A stretch of 62,096 bases of DNA, filler included. It is 6 parts of 6 records of this genome, joined end to end, with 100 filler letters (N's around TTAATTAATTAA, not from the genome) between each part and the next. Parts side by side here need not be neighbours in the genome. Positions count along the whole stretch, not along the records: positions 6,282 to 18,043 come from SRR2962707_805; positions 18,144 to 25,275 come from SRR2962707_806; 4 more parts are not named here. The stretch is one strand, 5' to 3'. The translations under genes and the position numbers were made by a program. Below, piece by piece: positions 11,792 to 21,851 of this stretch; the stretch's first letter is position 1, and every line of letters begins with the position of its first letter. The notes under the pieces are model-generated. The model was not told the DNA's origin. It made no database searches and saw only the letters and a program-made list of their open reading frames with translations.

Positions 11792-11821
11792 AACGGCGCG
11801 GGGGAAACTCCGCGCCGTTTT
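11792..11821 (+). terminator. Intrinsic terminator between convergent gltA and lpxB
   Basis: AACGGCGCGGGG-GAAA-CTCCGCGCCGTT followed by TT. Confidence 0.8.
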
Positions 11822-11822
11822 C

Positions 11823-12986
11823 TTATGGCTTGTCGGCAAGTTCCAGAACGACTTTGGCAGCTTCAACTGACGGCAGGTCATCTCCCGGTCTGAGGGCCTC
11901 TAGGGCCCGCGTAATGTCATCTGACTGTTGCCGGGCAGCGCCATCGGATCGGAGCAGTTTCGCCAAGGCCGGGGTAAGTGCTTCCGGCGTGCAGTTTTCC
12001 TGCAGGAATTCGGGGATCGCCGGTTTATCGAGGATCAAGTTGATGATCGATGCATATTTGACCCTGATCAGACGTCTGGCGATGAACGCCGTCAATGGCG
12101 ACAAACGATAGGCAATCAAACTTGGGACACCTGCCATGGCCAGTTCAAGGGATACTGTCCCGCTAGCCGCAAGCGCCGCGTCCGCAGCGGCAAAGGCATC
12201 GTATTTTTGTGACGTATCATCGACGATCAGTGTGTTGTCCCAGTCAGATGTACGCAGACGTATTTCACCTGCTATGCCGGGCAGCGTGGGAATAACGACA
12301 CGGCAAGGTCCCGCAATCTCGGTCGTGCGCCGGATGGTTTCGCCAAAGATATCGATCAGTCGTGAAATTTCACTCATCCGGCTCCCTGGGAGAGCGAGCA
12401 GTACTTTTTCATCCGCACCAATGCCGTGCCGTTTGCGAAAGGCTTTCCCATCACCCAGATCTGCACCGCTTTCCAGAATTGAGTGCCCCACGAAAGTGGC
12501 CGCAACGCCTGCATTTTCAAAATATGGCGGCTCAAAAGGCAGCAGACACATCACGTGATCTACCAGCCGAGCGACTTTCTTTGCCCTGCCCGGCCGCCAC
12601 GCCCAAACCGACGGCGCGACATAGTGAACAATCTTTACATCAAAATCAGAGAGTTTTTTCGCAACGCGGAAGCTGAAATCGGGGGCATCGATAGTGACGA
12701 CGATGTCCGGCTTTCGGCTGCGGATGTCACCAGCGGTTTCGCGAATACGCCCGAGGATTTGAGGGATACGCGGCAACACCTCTGCCAGACCCATCACCGT
12801 CAGCTCATCCATCGGGAACAGGCTTTGCAGGCCGGATCCGGTCATCAAGGGTCCGCCAACCCCATGGAATTCCAACTCTCGACCACGACACAGGCTTTTC
12901 AGGCCCTCCATCAGACGCATGCCGAGGACGTCCCCAGAGGGTTCTCCGGCAATCAGATAGATTTTAAGTGGCCCGGTCATTGCCAC
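11823..12986 (-). CDS. lpxB: Lipid-A-disaccharide synthase
   Basis: IAGEPSGDVLG, IDAPDF, YVAPSVWAWR, LPGSR. Confidence 0.96.
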   Translation of the reverse strand: MAMTGPLKIYLIAGEPSGDVLGMRLMEGLKSLCRGRELEFHGVGGPLMTGSGLQSLFPMDELTVMGLAEVLPRIPQILGRIRETAGDIRSRKPDIVVTIDAPDFSFRVAKKLSDFDVKIVHYVAPSVWAWRPGRAKKVARLVDHVMCLLPFEPPYFENAGVAATFVGHSILESGADLGDGKAFRKRHGIGADEKVLLALPGSRMSEISRLIDIFGETIRRTTEIAGPCRVVIPTLPGIAGEIRLRTSDWDNTLIVDDTSQKYDAFAAADAALAASGTVSLELAMAGVPSLIAYRLSPLTAFIARRLIRVKYASIINLILDKPAIPEFLQENCTPEALTPALAKLLRSDGAARQQSDDITRALEALRPGDDLPSVEAAKVVLELADKP

Positions 12987-13804
12987 GCACCTTCCGCATC
13001 GACGCCGATCAGAAACAGTTGGCTTTCATCGGCTGCGTGGGCCGTGCCTTCATGATCGATGAGGAATGCATTTCCGGCTTCTATCACCACACCATCCAGG
13101 CCTGCGGTTTTGGCATTCAGAACCGTTTCCGGCCCCACGGTCGGCAGGTCCGCACGTCGTTCCTGCCCGGGTTTGAGGGCTTTTGCGAGAACCCCGCCGC
13201 GATTGCCCTGGCCGGCCAGGCGCTTCAACATCGCATCGGTGCCGTCGGACTGTTCTTCGGCGAGGATCGCGCCATCACGAATAACGACGGCCTGACCTGC
13301 ATCGCGTGCGCCCAGATCCTTAGCGGCCTTCATGGCAAGCGTGATGTCAGTCGATTGGGAAACCGACGGACTTGTCTTGCCGATAAGCCCTTTTGGCATC
13401 AGGTATCCGGGTAGCAATTCGTCGGCGCCAATGACGGTAAATCCCTCGCCTTCTAGTGCTTTTATCAGAGCTGAGAGGAGACCGTCATCCCCCAGGGCAG
13501 CGGCGCCACTGCTGGCGAAAAATTTGATGCCCCACCAGTCGGGGCGAAGTTGCTTCATGTCCGGACGGCGGATCGCACCGGCCATGACCAGGGTATCACA
13601 GCCTTCTTTCTTGAGGTTCTTAACGGATGCACCGGCCGCACCCAGCCGGATCACGGCATGACTGTCGTCAACGTATTGAGATGGGTCACCTTGTCCCTCA
13701 AACACGACGACATGATATGGCAGATTGCGTTGGCGGCATGCATCGCGGACAAGGACCGGCAGCATGCCTCCGCCGGCAAGAATGCCGATCTTGCTATGCG
13801 GCAT
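12977..13804 (-). CDS. lpxI: UDP-2,3-diacylglucosamine diphosphatase LpxI
   Basis: IGILAGGGMLP, DAGQAVV, DGTDAML, QERRADLPTVG; lies between lpxA and lpxB. Confidence 0.9.
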   Translation of the reverse strand: MPHSKIGILAGGGMLPVLVRDACRQRNLPYHVVVFEGQGDPSQYVDDSHAVIRLGAAGASVKNLKKEGCDTLVMAGAIRRPDMKQLRPDWWGIKFFASSGAAALGDDGLLSALIKALEGEGFTVIGADELLPGYLMPKGLIGKTSPSVSQSTDITLAMKAAKDLGARDAGQAVVIRDGAILAEEQSDGTDAMLKRLAGQGNRGGVLAKALKPGQERRADLPTVGPETVLNAKTAGLDGVVIEAGNAFLIDHEGTAHAADESQLFLIGVDAEGAWQ

Positions 13805-14594
13805 CTTCCATATGCGGCTGGCAGATCCTGCGCGAGGAATCGCTGGTGATAAAGTTGACGATTTCCATCACGGGTTCATTCCCGTTGAAATCTTCGATGA
13901 CATCCTGAACACGCTCGGCCATTGTGCCTTCTTCGGCAAAGATCATGCGGTACGCTTTGCGGATTTCATGAATCATATCGCGAGAGAAGCCGCGCCGTTT
14001 CAAGCCGACGATATTCAATCCTTCAAGCTTTGCACGATTGCCCGTCACCATCCCATAGGGAATGACGTCATGTTCGACACCGGTTTTGCCGCCGATCATG
14101 GCGTGCCTGCCGATCCTTACAAACTGATGCACGGCTGATAGTCCGCCGACAATGACCCAATCCTCGATAACAACGTGACCGCCAAGGGTTGCGTTATTTA
14201 CGAGAATGACGTTGTTGCCGATCATGCAATCATGCGCGATGTGGGCGCCGACCATGAAAAGGCAATCATTTCCGATTTTCGTCAGAAGGCCGCCGCCTTC
14301 CGTTCCCGGGTTCATGGTAACGTGTTCACGAATGACGTTACGTTCACCGATTTCAAGGGACGATACCTCTCCCTTGAATTTCAGGTCCTGCGGCTGATGG
14401 CCGATGGATGAAAAGGGAAAGATACGGGTTTGAGCCCCGATCGATGTATGTCCGGCAACCACGGCGTGGGAGACGAGTTCGACACCGTCGCCGAGACGGA
14501 CATTCGCACCGACAACGCAAAACGGACCGATTTTAACGTCACTGCCAATTTCCGCCGCCGGATCGATGATCGCTGTCGGGTGTATATCAGTCAT
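13794..14594 (-). CDS. lpxA: UDP-N-acetylglucosamine O-acyltransferase
   Basis: IHPTAII, hexapeptide repeats, PQDLKF, HIAHDC, LNIVGLKRRGF. Confidence 0.97.
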   Translation of the reverse strand: MTDIHPTAIIDPAAEIGSDVKIGPFCVVGANVRLGDGVELVSHAVVAGHTSIGAQTRIFPFSSIGHQPQDLKFKGEVSSLEIGERNVIREHVTMNPGTEGGGLLTKIGNDCLFMVGAHIAHDCMIGNNVILVNNATLGGHVVIEDWVIVGGLSAVHQFVRIGRHAMIGGKTGVEHDVIPYGMVTGNRAKLEGLNIVGLKRRGFSRDMIHEIRKAYRMIFAEEGTMAERVQDVIEDFNGNEPVMEIVNFITSDSSRRICQPHMEDAA

Positions 14595-14603
14595 TATGTG
14601 GTC

Positions 14604-15074
14604 CTATTCCGTCTTATCGACGATCATGGCGGTGAAGACGGCTTCGGCCATGACAATATCGTCTACCTTGGCGACGCCTTTAAAGCGCCAGACCTTGCCC
14701 CGTCCGTGTTCTTTGGTGACTTCGAGGTTCAGCGTGTGCCCGGGTAATACGGGCTTGCGAAACCGTGCGCTGTCGATGGACATGAAATACACCAGCTTTT
14801 CAGCTGCAGCGTCATCGAATGTTTCAACAACAACGATAGCGGCCGTCTGGGCCATCGCTTCAACGATCAAAACACCCGGCATGATCGGGTGTCCGGGAAA
14901 ATGTCCCTGAAAAAAAGGTTCATTGACGGTTACATTCTTGATGCCCGTCGCACTTTCGCCGGGGATGATATCTATGACCTTGTCGATCAGCAAAAACGGA
15001 TAGCGGTGTGGTATCCGCTCCATAATGCCATTGATATCGACTTCAAGACTGGTGGCTGTCGTTTCAGCGTCCAT
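14604..15074 (-). CDS. fabZ: 3-hydroxyacyl-ACP dehydratase
   Basis: IPHRYPFLLID, FQGHFPGHPIMPGVLIVEAMAQ. Confidence 0.97.
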   Translation of the reverse strand: MDAETTATSLEVDINGIMERIPHRYPFLLIDKVIDIIPGESATGIKNVTVNEPFFQGHFPGHPIMPGVLIVEAMAQTAAIVVVETFDDAAAEKLVYFMSIDSARFRKPVLPGHTLNLEVTKEHGRGKVWRFKGVAKVDDIVMAEAVFTAMIVDKTE

Positions 15075-15076
15075 GT

Positions 15077-16099
15077 CTAGCTCCCCTTCTTTCTGGCCAG
15101 GCGCTCGATCATGGCCACTTCCTTTAACCAGGCGCGAACCGGCTTTGCCGGACTGCCACCCATTTCCTGACCGGGGCCGATGTCTCTCATGACCCCGCTT
15201 TGAGCCGCAACCCGAGAACCGCTACCGATCTTCAGGTGCCCGGCCACACCGACCTGTCCGGCTAAGACAACAAAATCTCCGAGTTCCGTACTGCCGGAAA
15301 TGCCCACATGGCTGACAAGGATGCAATTTTGGCCGATCTGGACGTTATGAGCAATCTGAACAAGATTGTCGATCTTCGTTCCGTCGCCGATGACCGTATC
15401 CGGGCCGGTGCCGCGATCAATAGTCGAATTGGCGCCAATTTCCACATGTGAACCGACTACTACTCGGCCAAGCTGCGGCACCTTGAGGTGTCCTGACGGC
15501 CCCATGGCAAAGCCGAACCCGTCCTGACCAATACGAACCCCTGCATGAATGATCGTATGGTCTCCGATGATGGCATGAAATACCGTGGCATTGGCGCCGA
15601 TCCTCGTATTTGAACCGATTTGTACGCCATCACCAATGATCGCGCCTGGTGCAATAATCGAATTCTCGCCGATTGCGACGCCCTCACCGACGACGGCAGA
15701 TGCCCCGATCTCAACATTCTCGGCGATCTGAGCACTTTCTGCGACGACGGCCGAGGCATGAACCTGTCCGCTGGACGCAGGCATTGGGTAGAACATATCC
15801 GCGACACGGGCATAGGCGTGATACGGTTCAGGGGTCACCAGTAGGCACATGCCTTTCGGTGCAATGTCTACGACGGCTGGCGCGACGATACAGGCCCCTG
15901 CCCTGGATTTACTGAAGCTGTCTTTGTATTTTTTGTTATCGAGAAAACTGACATGTTCGCTGCCGGCATCACCCAAAGGCATAACGTCCTGAAACAGACG
16001 CGACATGTCGTCTGCGTTTACGCATTCGGCGCCGGCCGTCTCGGCGATGCGCGCCAGACTGAACGGCCCGGCGTTTGAAAAGAACCGGGAATCAGCCAT
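15077..16099 (-). CDS. lpxD: UDP-3-O-acylglucosamine N-acyltransferase
   Basis: [30 protein letters not shown]. Confidence 0.97.
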   Translation of the reverse strand: MADSRFFSNAGPFSLARIAETAGAECVNADDMSRLFQDVMPLGDAGSEHVSFLDNKKYKDSFSKSRAGACIVAPAVVDIAPKGMCLLVTPEPYHAYARVADMFYPMPASSGQVHASAVVAESAQIAENVEIGASAVVGEGVAIGENSIIAPGAIIGDGVQIGSNTRIGANATVFHAIIGDHTIIHAGVRIGQDGFGFAMGPSGHLKVPQLGRVVVGSHVEIGANSTIDRGTGPDTVIGDGTKIDNLVQIAHNVQIGQNCILVSHVGISGSTELGDFVVLAGQVGVAGHLKIGSGSRVAAQSGVMRDIGPGQEMGGSPAKPVRAWLKEVAMIERLARKKGS

Positions 16100-16104
16100 T
16101 TTCT

Positions 16105-16674
16105 TTAGTTGTTCGGTATGTCGACCTTGATGGTCGGCAGTTTCTGATCAAGTTCTTTCAGGACTTCGCCTGTGATGTCGAACTTGGTTTTGACATACAC
16201 AACCTGCGAAAGACGGAAGACGACATCGATATCTTTCTTTTGCGCGACTTCGGAAACCACCTGGTTTAGCGTATTCTCGACTGCCTGCATCGCTTTGTTC
16301 TGGGCCTCTTCGATAGCCCGGCGGCGCTGTTGTACCATCTGCTGCATGCCGACGACCCGCTGTTCGAATTTCCGTCGTTCTTCGGCGAAGGCTTCAGGCG
16401 CGAGTAGATTCTGCTTCTTGGCGAGTTCCTGCTGGGCCGCCCTCAAAGCATCCTGCTCTTTCTGGATTTCACCCTGAATTTTGTTCTGATGATTGATAAT
16501 CTGCTCTCGGATAGCCTTCACGGAGGCTGCGTCACGACGGATTGCGCCGATATCCAGTAACGCCATATTCGGCCCGTTTTGCGCACCTGCTGCTTGTGCC
16601 TGTACCTGTTTGACAGGAGCGGCAATGACAAAAATTGCCAGGGCCAGCGAGATTGAAAAAATACGTAACAACAA
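16105..16674 (-). CDS. skp: OmpH/Skp periplasmic chaperone
   Basis: Signal peptide, Gln-rich coiled coil, C-terminal [11 protein letters not shown]; lies between bamA and lpxD. Confidence 0.85.
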   Translation of the reverse strand: MLLRIFSISLALAIFVIAAPVKQVQAQAAGAQNGPNMALLDIGAIRRDAASVKAIREQIINHQNKIQGEIQKEQDALRAAQQELAKKQNLLAPEAFAEERRKFEQRVVGMQQMVQQRRRAIEEAQNKAMQAVENTLNQVVSEVAQKKDIDVVFRLSQVVYVKTKFDITGEVLKELDQKLPTIKVDIPNN

Positions 16675-16683
16675 AGTTACCTC

Positions 16684-18043
16684 CTAAAATTTAGTGCCGA
16701 AGTTAATCCGCACATATTCTTTTTTATCGAAATCTTCCTTGAGAACAGGGTATGCAAAATCGACGCCCAAGGGACCGAAAGGCGAGTCCCAACTGACACC
16801 GGCACCAGCCCCCATACGCAATGATCCTTCGTCTGCGGTCGTTGCGTTTGTCGGTGACAGGGAACCTGAAGCACCAAAATCTGTAAACAGCCGTGCCGTG
16901 ACCCCCAGTTCTTCAGGTAAACCGGTCGGGAAATTCAGGGACAAGGAACCAGCGTACATCCATTCCCCGCCCAATGCATCGTCCGTTGCAAGGTCACGTG
17001 GACCGATACCGGACGTTTCAAAGCCGCGGACTTCTTCGCCTCCCAGGAAGTACCTTTCAGACAGCGCAACATCCTTGCCGAGACCGGCGATATAACCAAA
17101 TTTCGACCAGGCCGAGAGAACCCACTGGTCCGCAGGAGAATAATAATTGACAGCCGTTGCCGTATTCCGTGCATGACGCAATGAACCACCAAGACCGGCC
17201 AGGTCGGTATCGAGTTTCAGCAAATACCCGGATGTCGGTTTGATGACCGTGTCACGTTTGTCAAAGGCGATGCTGTGACCGACTTCAGACAGTGTTTCCG
17301 AGCCTTCCTGAGCCTTGATCAATGACGATGCGTCACTGTCTACATCTGAAATCTCTGTCAGTCGGGCTGTATAGCGCCAGCTCTCAGACAGGTTTTCCGT
17401 GATGTTATATCCTGCACGCAGGCGCCCACCGGTGCGCTCGATATCAAATGAACTGGTATCTTGAAGATCCCGCGTAGAACGGAACAAATCAAAACCGGCA
17501 CGTAATTCCCGGTCCAGGAAATACGGCTCGGTAAAGCTCAGATCGATTTGCGAAGCTTCTGCAGCGAGTTGAAGCTTAAGGCTCAGGTCCTGACCTCGAC
17601 CAAGGAAGTTTGTTTCCCGCAGCCTGAGATCACCAAGAACCCCAATGCTGGATGAGAACCCGGCCCCAATCGAGATCTGACCGGTCGGTTTTTCTTCAAC
17701 ATTCACATTGATGACGGTTTTGTCAGGGGCTGATCCCGGAATCTGTTCTATATCGACCTTTTCGAAGAAACCCAGGTTCTGGATACGTGTTTTCGAACGA
17801 CGCAGTTTAGAGGCGTTGAATGCATCCCCTTCGACAAGCCTGAATTCGCGTCGAACCACCTTATCAAGCGTCCGGATGTTTCCGGCAATATTGATGCGCT
17901 CCACGAAGACGCGGGGGCCTTCATTGACGATATATTTGACGTTGATGGTTTTCGTCTCGCGATCACGGTTTACACGCGGACGGATTTCAACAAAGGCAAA
18001 ACCAAGTGTCCCAACCTGTTCGGTCAGGCGGTCGATGGTTTTC
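16684..18043 (-). CDS. bamA: Outer membrane protein assembly factor BamA (5'-truncated)
   Basis: POTRA5 (GNIRTLDKVVRRE, LGFFEKV), VRGF motif, SPFGPL, terminal Phe; frame open to the contig edge. Confidence 0.96.
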
Positions 18044-18143
18044 NNNNNNNNNNNNNNNNNNNNNNNNNNNNNNNNNNNNNNNNNNNNTTAATTAATTAAN
18101 NNNNNNNNNNNNNNNNNNNNNNNNNNNNNNNNNNNNNNNNNNN
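18044..18143. other. Artificial contig spacer
   Basis: N44-TTAATTAATTAA-N44. Confidence 0.99.
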
Positions 18144-18182
18144 GAGCCTGTGCTGAGTTTACCGAAGGGCTCTACGTTGAAA

Positions 18183-18231
18183 TGGATTAAATTTGTTTGC
18201 TTTGAATCCTTCATAGGCTTGCCTTGAGGAG
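18183..18231 (-). repeat. Dispersed intergenic repeat copy (REP-like), related to 56110-56159
   Basis: Reverse complement CTCCTCAAGGCAAGCCTATGAAGGATTCAAAGCAAACAAATTTAATCCA aligns with 56110-56159. Confidence 0.7.
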
Positions 18232-18236
18232 TTTAC

Positions 18237-19286
18237 TTATACATCATCAAAATCAATCGAAATAGAATCAGAAGTTGGGTGTGCCTGGCAGGTTAATATT
18301 AATCCTTCTGCAATTTCTCCATCGGTTAGAATTTGGTTTTTTACCATTTCTACTTTTCCTTCGGTTAATCTAGCCACACAACTACTACAAACGCCACCTT
18401 GACAAGAGTATGGAGCGTCAAGATCTTCGGCTAAAACAGCATCTAAAACACGCTGCTTTCTATCCATTACAATTTCTGTCTCCTCGTCATCAATTAGTAC
18501 TTTCACCTTTGTTTTTCCATCTCCAATAGAGTCTGGAACTTCAGAATGGTCGTCCGAAGTGGTGAAATGTTCTACATGAATTTTATTTTCTTCTATGCCA
18601 TTTTCTTTTAATGTTTCCGAAGTACTTTCAATCATGGCTTCAGGGCCACAAATATAGAAAGCATCAAAGGGAGTCTCTTTGTGCTTATTTTTCAGAATAT
18701 AATTAATGGTAGAACGTTCAATACGCCCAAATAAAGAACCTTCTTCTTCTGTCTGACTGTAAACAAATTGCGCGCTAAATCTATTTGGGAATTCCTTTAA
18801 TAATTCCATTAAATCTTGATGGAACATCGTTTCTGAAAGCGATTTATTACCGTAAACGAGCATTAAATTTTTGTCGGTATTATGCAAAATATCTTTTGCA
18901 ATACTCATAATAGGTGTAATCCCACTACCGGCTACAAAAGCAGCTACATTTTTTCCTTCGTAATCTGTAGCTTCAAAGGTAAAACGCCCTTCTGGCGGAT
19001 GAACTTCTAATACATCCCCAACTTTAATGGTTTGTGCATATTTAGAAAAAGTTCCGTTAGGCATTTCTTTAATTCCAACAGAAATGTTTTTTTCGTCTTT
19101 TCCAGAGCATATGGAATAAGAACGACGCAACTCTTTCCCGTTGAATTCTTTCTTTATAGTGATGTATTGACCAGGAATAAATTTATAAAGGTTTATAAGG
19201 TCTTCTGGTATTTCAAAAGTTATTACTACAGCTTTTGATGTGATATTATTTATTGCTATTACTTTAAGCGAATGAAAATGAGTCAT
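18237..19286 (-). CDS. PaaE-like ferredoxin--NAD(P) reductase (FAD/NAD-binding plus C-terminal 2Fe-2S)
   Basis: RRSYSIC, AGSGITP, YICGP, YSCQGGVCSSC, LTCQ. ATG at 19286 is preferred because a Bacteroidetes -7 box lies at 19302-19309. Confidence 0.9.
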   Translation of the reverse strand: MTHFHSLKVIAINNITSKAVVITFEIPEDLINLYKFIPGQYITIKKEFNGKELRRSYSICSGKDEKNISVGIKEMPNGTFSKYAQTIKVGDVLEVHPPEGRFTFEATDYEGKNVAAFVAGSGITPIMSIAKDILHNTDKNLMLVYGNKSLSETMFHQDLMELLKEFPNRFSAQFVYSQTEEEGSLFGRIERSTINYILKNKHKETPFDAFYICGPEAMIESTSETLKENGIEENKIHVEHFTTSDDHSEVPDSIGDGKTKVKVLIDDEETEIVMDRKQRVLDAVLAEDLDAPYSCQGGVCSSCVARLTEGKVEMVKNQILTDGEIAEGLILTCQAHPTSDSISIDFDDV

Positions 19287-19347
19287 CAATAAAATTTTTG
19301 GCAAAAATAGGCATTGCATTCACTTTAAAAAATGTGATTAAGAAAAA

Positions 19348-19393
19348 TTTATACATAATATTCTTATGTATAAAATTATTTACTATATATTTG
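19348..19393 (+). promoter_or_regulatory. Palindromic operator plus Bacteroidetes -7 promoter box upstream of padR
   Basis: TTTATACATAA-TATTC-TTATGTATAAA (19348-19374) and TATATTTG (19386-19393), which matches TAnnTTTG. Confidence 0.7.
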
Positions 19394-19412
19394 AGGGAAG
19401 ATTAATGTTAAA

Positions 19413-19751
19413 ATGGGTAATTCAAAATTATATAAGGGCAGTTTAAATACTATTATTCTAAAATTGTTAGAAAAGAATGATAAAATGTATGGTTATGAAA
19501 TTACGCAAAGAGTAAAAGAGCTAACTAAAGGGGAGCTGGAAATTACGGAAGGTGCGCTATATCCTGCATTGCATAAGTTGGAGTCGGAAGGATTGCTAGA
19601 TGTTGAAGTAGTAAAAGTGGATAATAGAATGCGTAAATATTATAAGCTAACACAAAAGGGTACTACAGAAACTGCAAATAGATTGGCAGAGTTAGAAGCA
19701 TTTATAAGAAATATGGAGCATTTGGTAAAACCTAAATGGAGTATTGATTAA
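19413..19751 (+). CDS. PadR-family transcriptional regulator (short type)
   Basis: KGSLNTIILKLL, MYGYEI, EGALYPALHKLE, RKYYKLTQKG. Confidence 0.95.
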   Translation: MGNSKLYKGSLNTIILKLLEKNDKMYGYEITQRVKELTKGELEITEGALYPALHKLESEGLLDVEVVKVDNRMRKYYKLTQKGTTETANRLAELEAFIRNMEHLVKPKWSID

Positions 19752-19764
19752 TAAGATTGTTGAA

Positions 19765-20442
19765 ATGAAATTAACACAGGAACAAATACAGGAAATTGAG
19801 TATGCTTTAAACAAAAGAGGCTTAGACTATATTGATTTAAAGTATGAGTTGCTCGATCATATTGCTACTGATATTGAACAATTAATGACTGAAGATAAAA
19901 CAATTTCTTTTGATGAAGCTTTTAATCAAGCTTTTTATAAATGGAAGGATGCTTTAAATAATTCAAGTAGTTTTTGGTTGGGACCTGCCAATTATATTCC
20001 TACTATTCTTCTTGATAAATGTATAACTTATATAAAAAGATACGAACTAACACTCATAGCAGGAGCATTGCTTATTGCATTTTCATTGTATCCCATTAGA
20101 GAAGAAGTTCTTAGTGTAATAAAGGAATTTGATTTTGTTATTGGAGGTGTTTACATTTTGTATTCCCTAATTGTTGTAGCTGGGATTATCGGGATTAAAA
20201 TGTTTAAGTATAATACTACTTATAGTTATTTGTTTAAATTAAAATCATTTCCCTTTTTATTAATATCACTTCAATTTAATAATTTGATTTTTGGTCATTC
20301 ATTTTATTATGAAGGAACGCAGGTATGGATTCATATTATGAACTTTTCAATACATATTATGATAATTTTTGGCGGATTTTATATGATAAGATTACTGCAA
20401 AACCATTTTAAATTACGAGAAAGAAAAGTATCTGTATCATGA
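19765..20442 (+). CDS. Membrane protein, paralog 1 (N-terminal helical ELxDH domain plus about 4 TM)
   Basis: MKLTQEQI...DYIDLKYELLDHIATDIE...SFDEAF then hydrophobic segments; ATG at 19765 aligns with the paralogs. Confidence 0.8.
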   Translation: MKLTQEQIQEIEYALNKRGLDYIDLKYELLDHIATDIEQLMTEDKTISFDEAFNQAFYKWKDALNNSSSFWLGPANYIPTILLDKCITYIKRYELTLIAGALLIAFSLYPIREEVLSVIKEFDFVIGGVYILYSLIVVAGIIGIKMFKYNTTYSYLFKLKSFPFLLISLQFNNLIFGHSFYYEGTQVWIHIMNFSIHIMIIFGGFYMIRLLQNHFKLRERKVSVS

Positions 20443-21089
20443 GTTTAACTGTTGAACAAATACAATTTATAGATAATTACCTTAAAAATGAAGGGATTGA
20501 ATACCTTGATATAAGGGTTGAAATGATAGATCATGTTGCTTCTGGAGTGGAAATAGAAATGAAAGAACATGGAACATTATTTTACGAAGCCTTTAAAAAA
20601 TATATGTTGCTTCACAAAAAAGGATTACTTAATAGTAACCGAAAGTTTTTAAGGAGTGTTGATATAAGGTTACTCAAGAATTTTTTTTCAAACGCATGGA
20701 GCCTTCAATGTATATTGGTTTTTATAATGGGCTATATAGGTATGAACTTTTTAATTTCTAATTTATATTCATTTAAAGCTATAAATATGATCTCGACAAC
20801 TATTTCAATAGGGGGAGCTCTTTTATATTCCATATTAGTATTTAAAAGAAAGAAATGGTTTAACTTCTCTGCTATTCAGCGGCTTGGATTGTTCTTTGTG
20901 TTGATAAGTCAATTAGGGACAAGTTTTGGAAAATATTTATTTACATTGAATTCTTTGCAAGAACTTAGCGGTAATAAGTTTTACATACTATCGGTTTCAA
21001 ATGCATTATTATTTACAGCATATTATTTAATGCTTGTAACTGGGATTCAATATAAGAAGGCTTATAAAAAACAATTTATAGCACTTTAG
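20439..21089 (+). CDS. Membrane protein, paralog 2
   Basis: MSLTVEQI...EYLDIRVEMIDHVASGVE...FYEAF; ATGA overlap with the previous gene. Confidence 0.8.
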   Translation: MSLTVEQIQFIDNYLKNEGIEYLDIRVEMIDHVASGVEIEMKEHGTLFYEAFKKYMLLHKKGLLNSNRKFLRSVDIRLLKNFFSNAWSLQCILVFIMGYIGMNFLISNLYSFKAINMISTTISIGGALLYSILVFKRKKWFNFSAIQRLGLFFVLISQLGTSFGKYLFTLNSLQELSGNKFYILSVSNALLFTAYYLMLVTGIQYKKAYKKQFIAL

Positions 21090-21092
21090 ACA

Positions 21093-21791
21093 ATGAAAAT
21101 CAGTTCTGAACAAATACAAAACCTCTATAAATTTACACAAAAACATTATGTGGAGTATTTTGATTTGCAAACAGAATTGGTGGATCATTTAGCCAATGGA
21201 ATAGAAACTCAATGGCAGCAAAACCCTCATATTTCTTTTGAGGATGCCTTGGAAAAAGAGTTTAAAAAGTTTGGTGTTTTTGGATTTATGGAGGTGGTTG
21301 AAGAACGACAAAAAGCCTTAGGGAAGAAATATTTAGGAATTATTAAAAAAGAATTTTTTTCATATTTTTCATGGCCTGAGTTTATTAAGTTCGCTACACT
21401 TTGGGCAGTTTTGTTTGCAGGACTGTATTGGGTTGGAAACAAAGAAATGCTTGTTGTAAGTCTGCTTATTATAATTTTTGTTGTGATGCTATATATGCTT
21501 TTTAAACTTAACCATACAATAAAACAGCGTAGAAGAAACAGTAATAAAAAATGGATGCTAGAGCAACATATTTTTAATTTAGGGGGCGTTGTAGGAGGGA
21601 TGTCTCTCCCACTTGAATTGGGAGCTCAACTTCGATTATTCGAGCTTTTTTCATGGTCTGTTTTAACAATAACTTTTGTGAGCTTAGCAATTACGATTTA
21701 TGTGTTTTTACTGTATATTATGATTTATAAAATTCCTAAAAAAGCAAGTATTTACTTAACTGAAACCTATCCGGAATACAATTATTCCTAA
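21093..21791 (+). CDS. Membrane protein, paralog 3
   Basis: MKISSEQI...EYFDLQTELVDHLANGIE...SFEDALEKEFKKFG. Confidence 0.8.
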   Translation: MKISSEQIQNLYKFTQKHYVEYFDLQTELVDHLANGIETQWQQNPHISFEDALEKEFKKFGVFGFMEVVEERQKALGKKYLGIIKKEFFSYFSWPEFIKFATLWAVLFAGLYWVGNKEMLVVSLLIIIFVVMLYMLFKLNHTIKQRRRNSNKKWMLEQHIFNLGGVVGGMSLPLELGAQLRLFELFSWSVLTITFVSLAITIYVFLLYIMIYKIPKKASIYLTETYPEYNYS

Positions 21792-21851
21792 TAATTGTAA
21801 CAAAAACATGCTAAACAACACTTATTAATTAAATAACAACCACCTAGCTAT

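Noticed and set aside
6283-18043. comEC next to lexA and lipid A genes as a novel competence island
   Set aside because: This is ordinary conserved alphaproteobacterial gene order.
1-18043. Eukaryote-bacterium horizontal transfer suggested by adjacency
   Set aside because: The junction is an artificial spacer.
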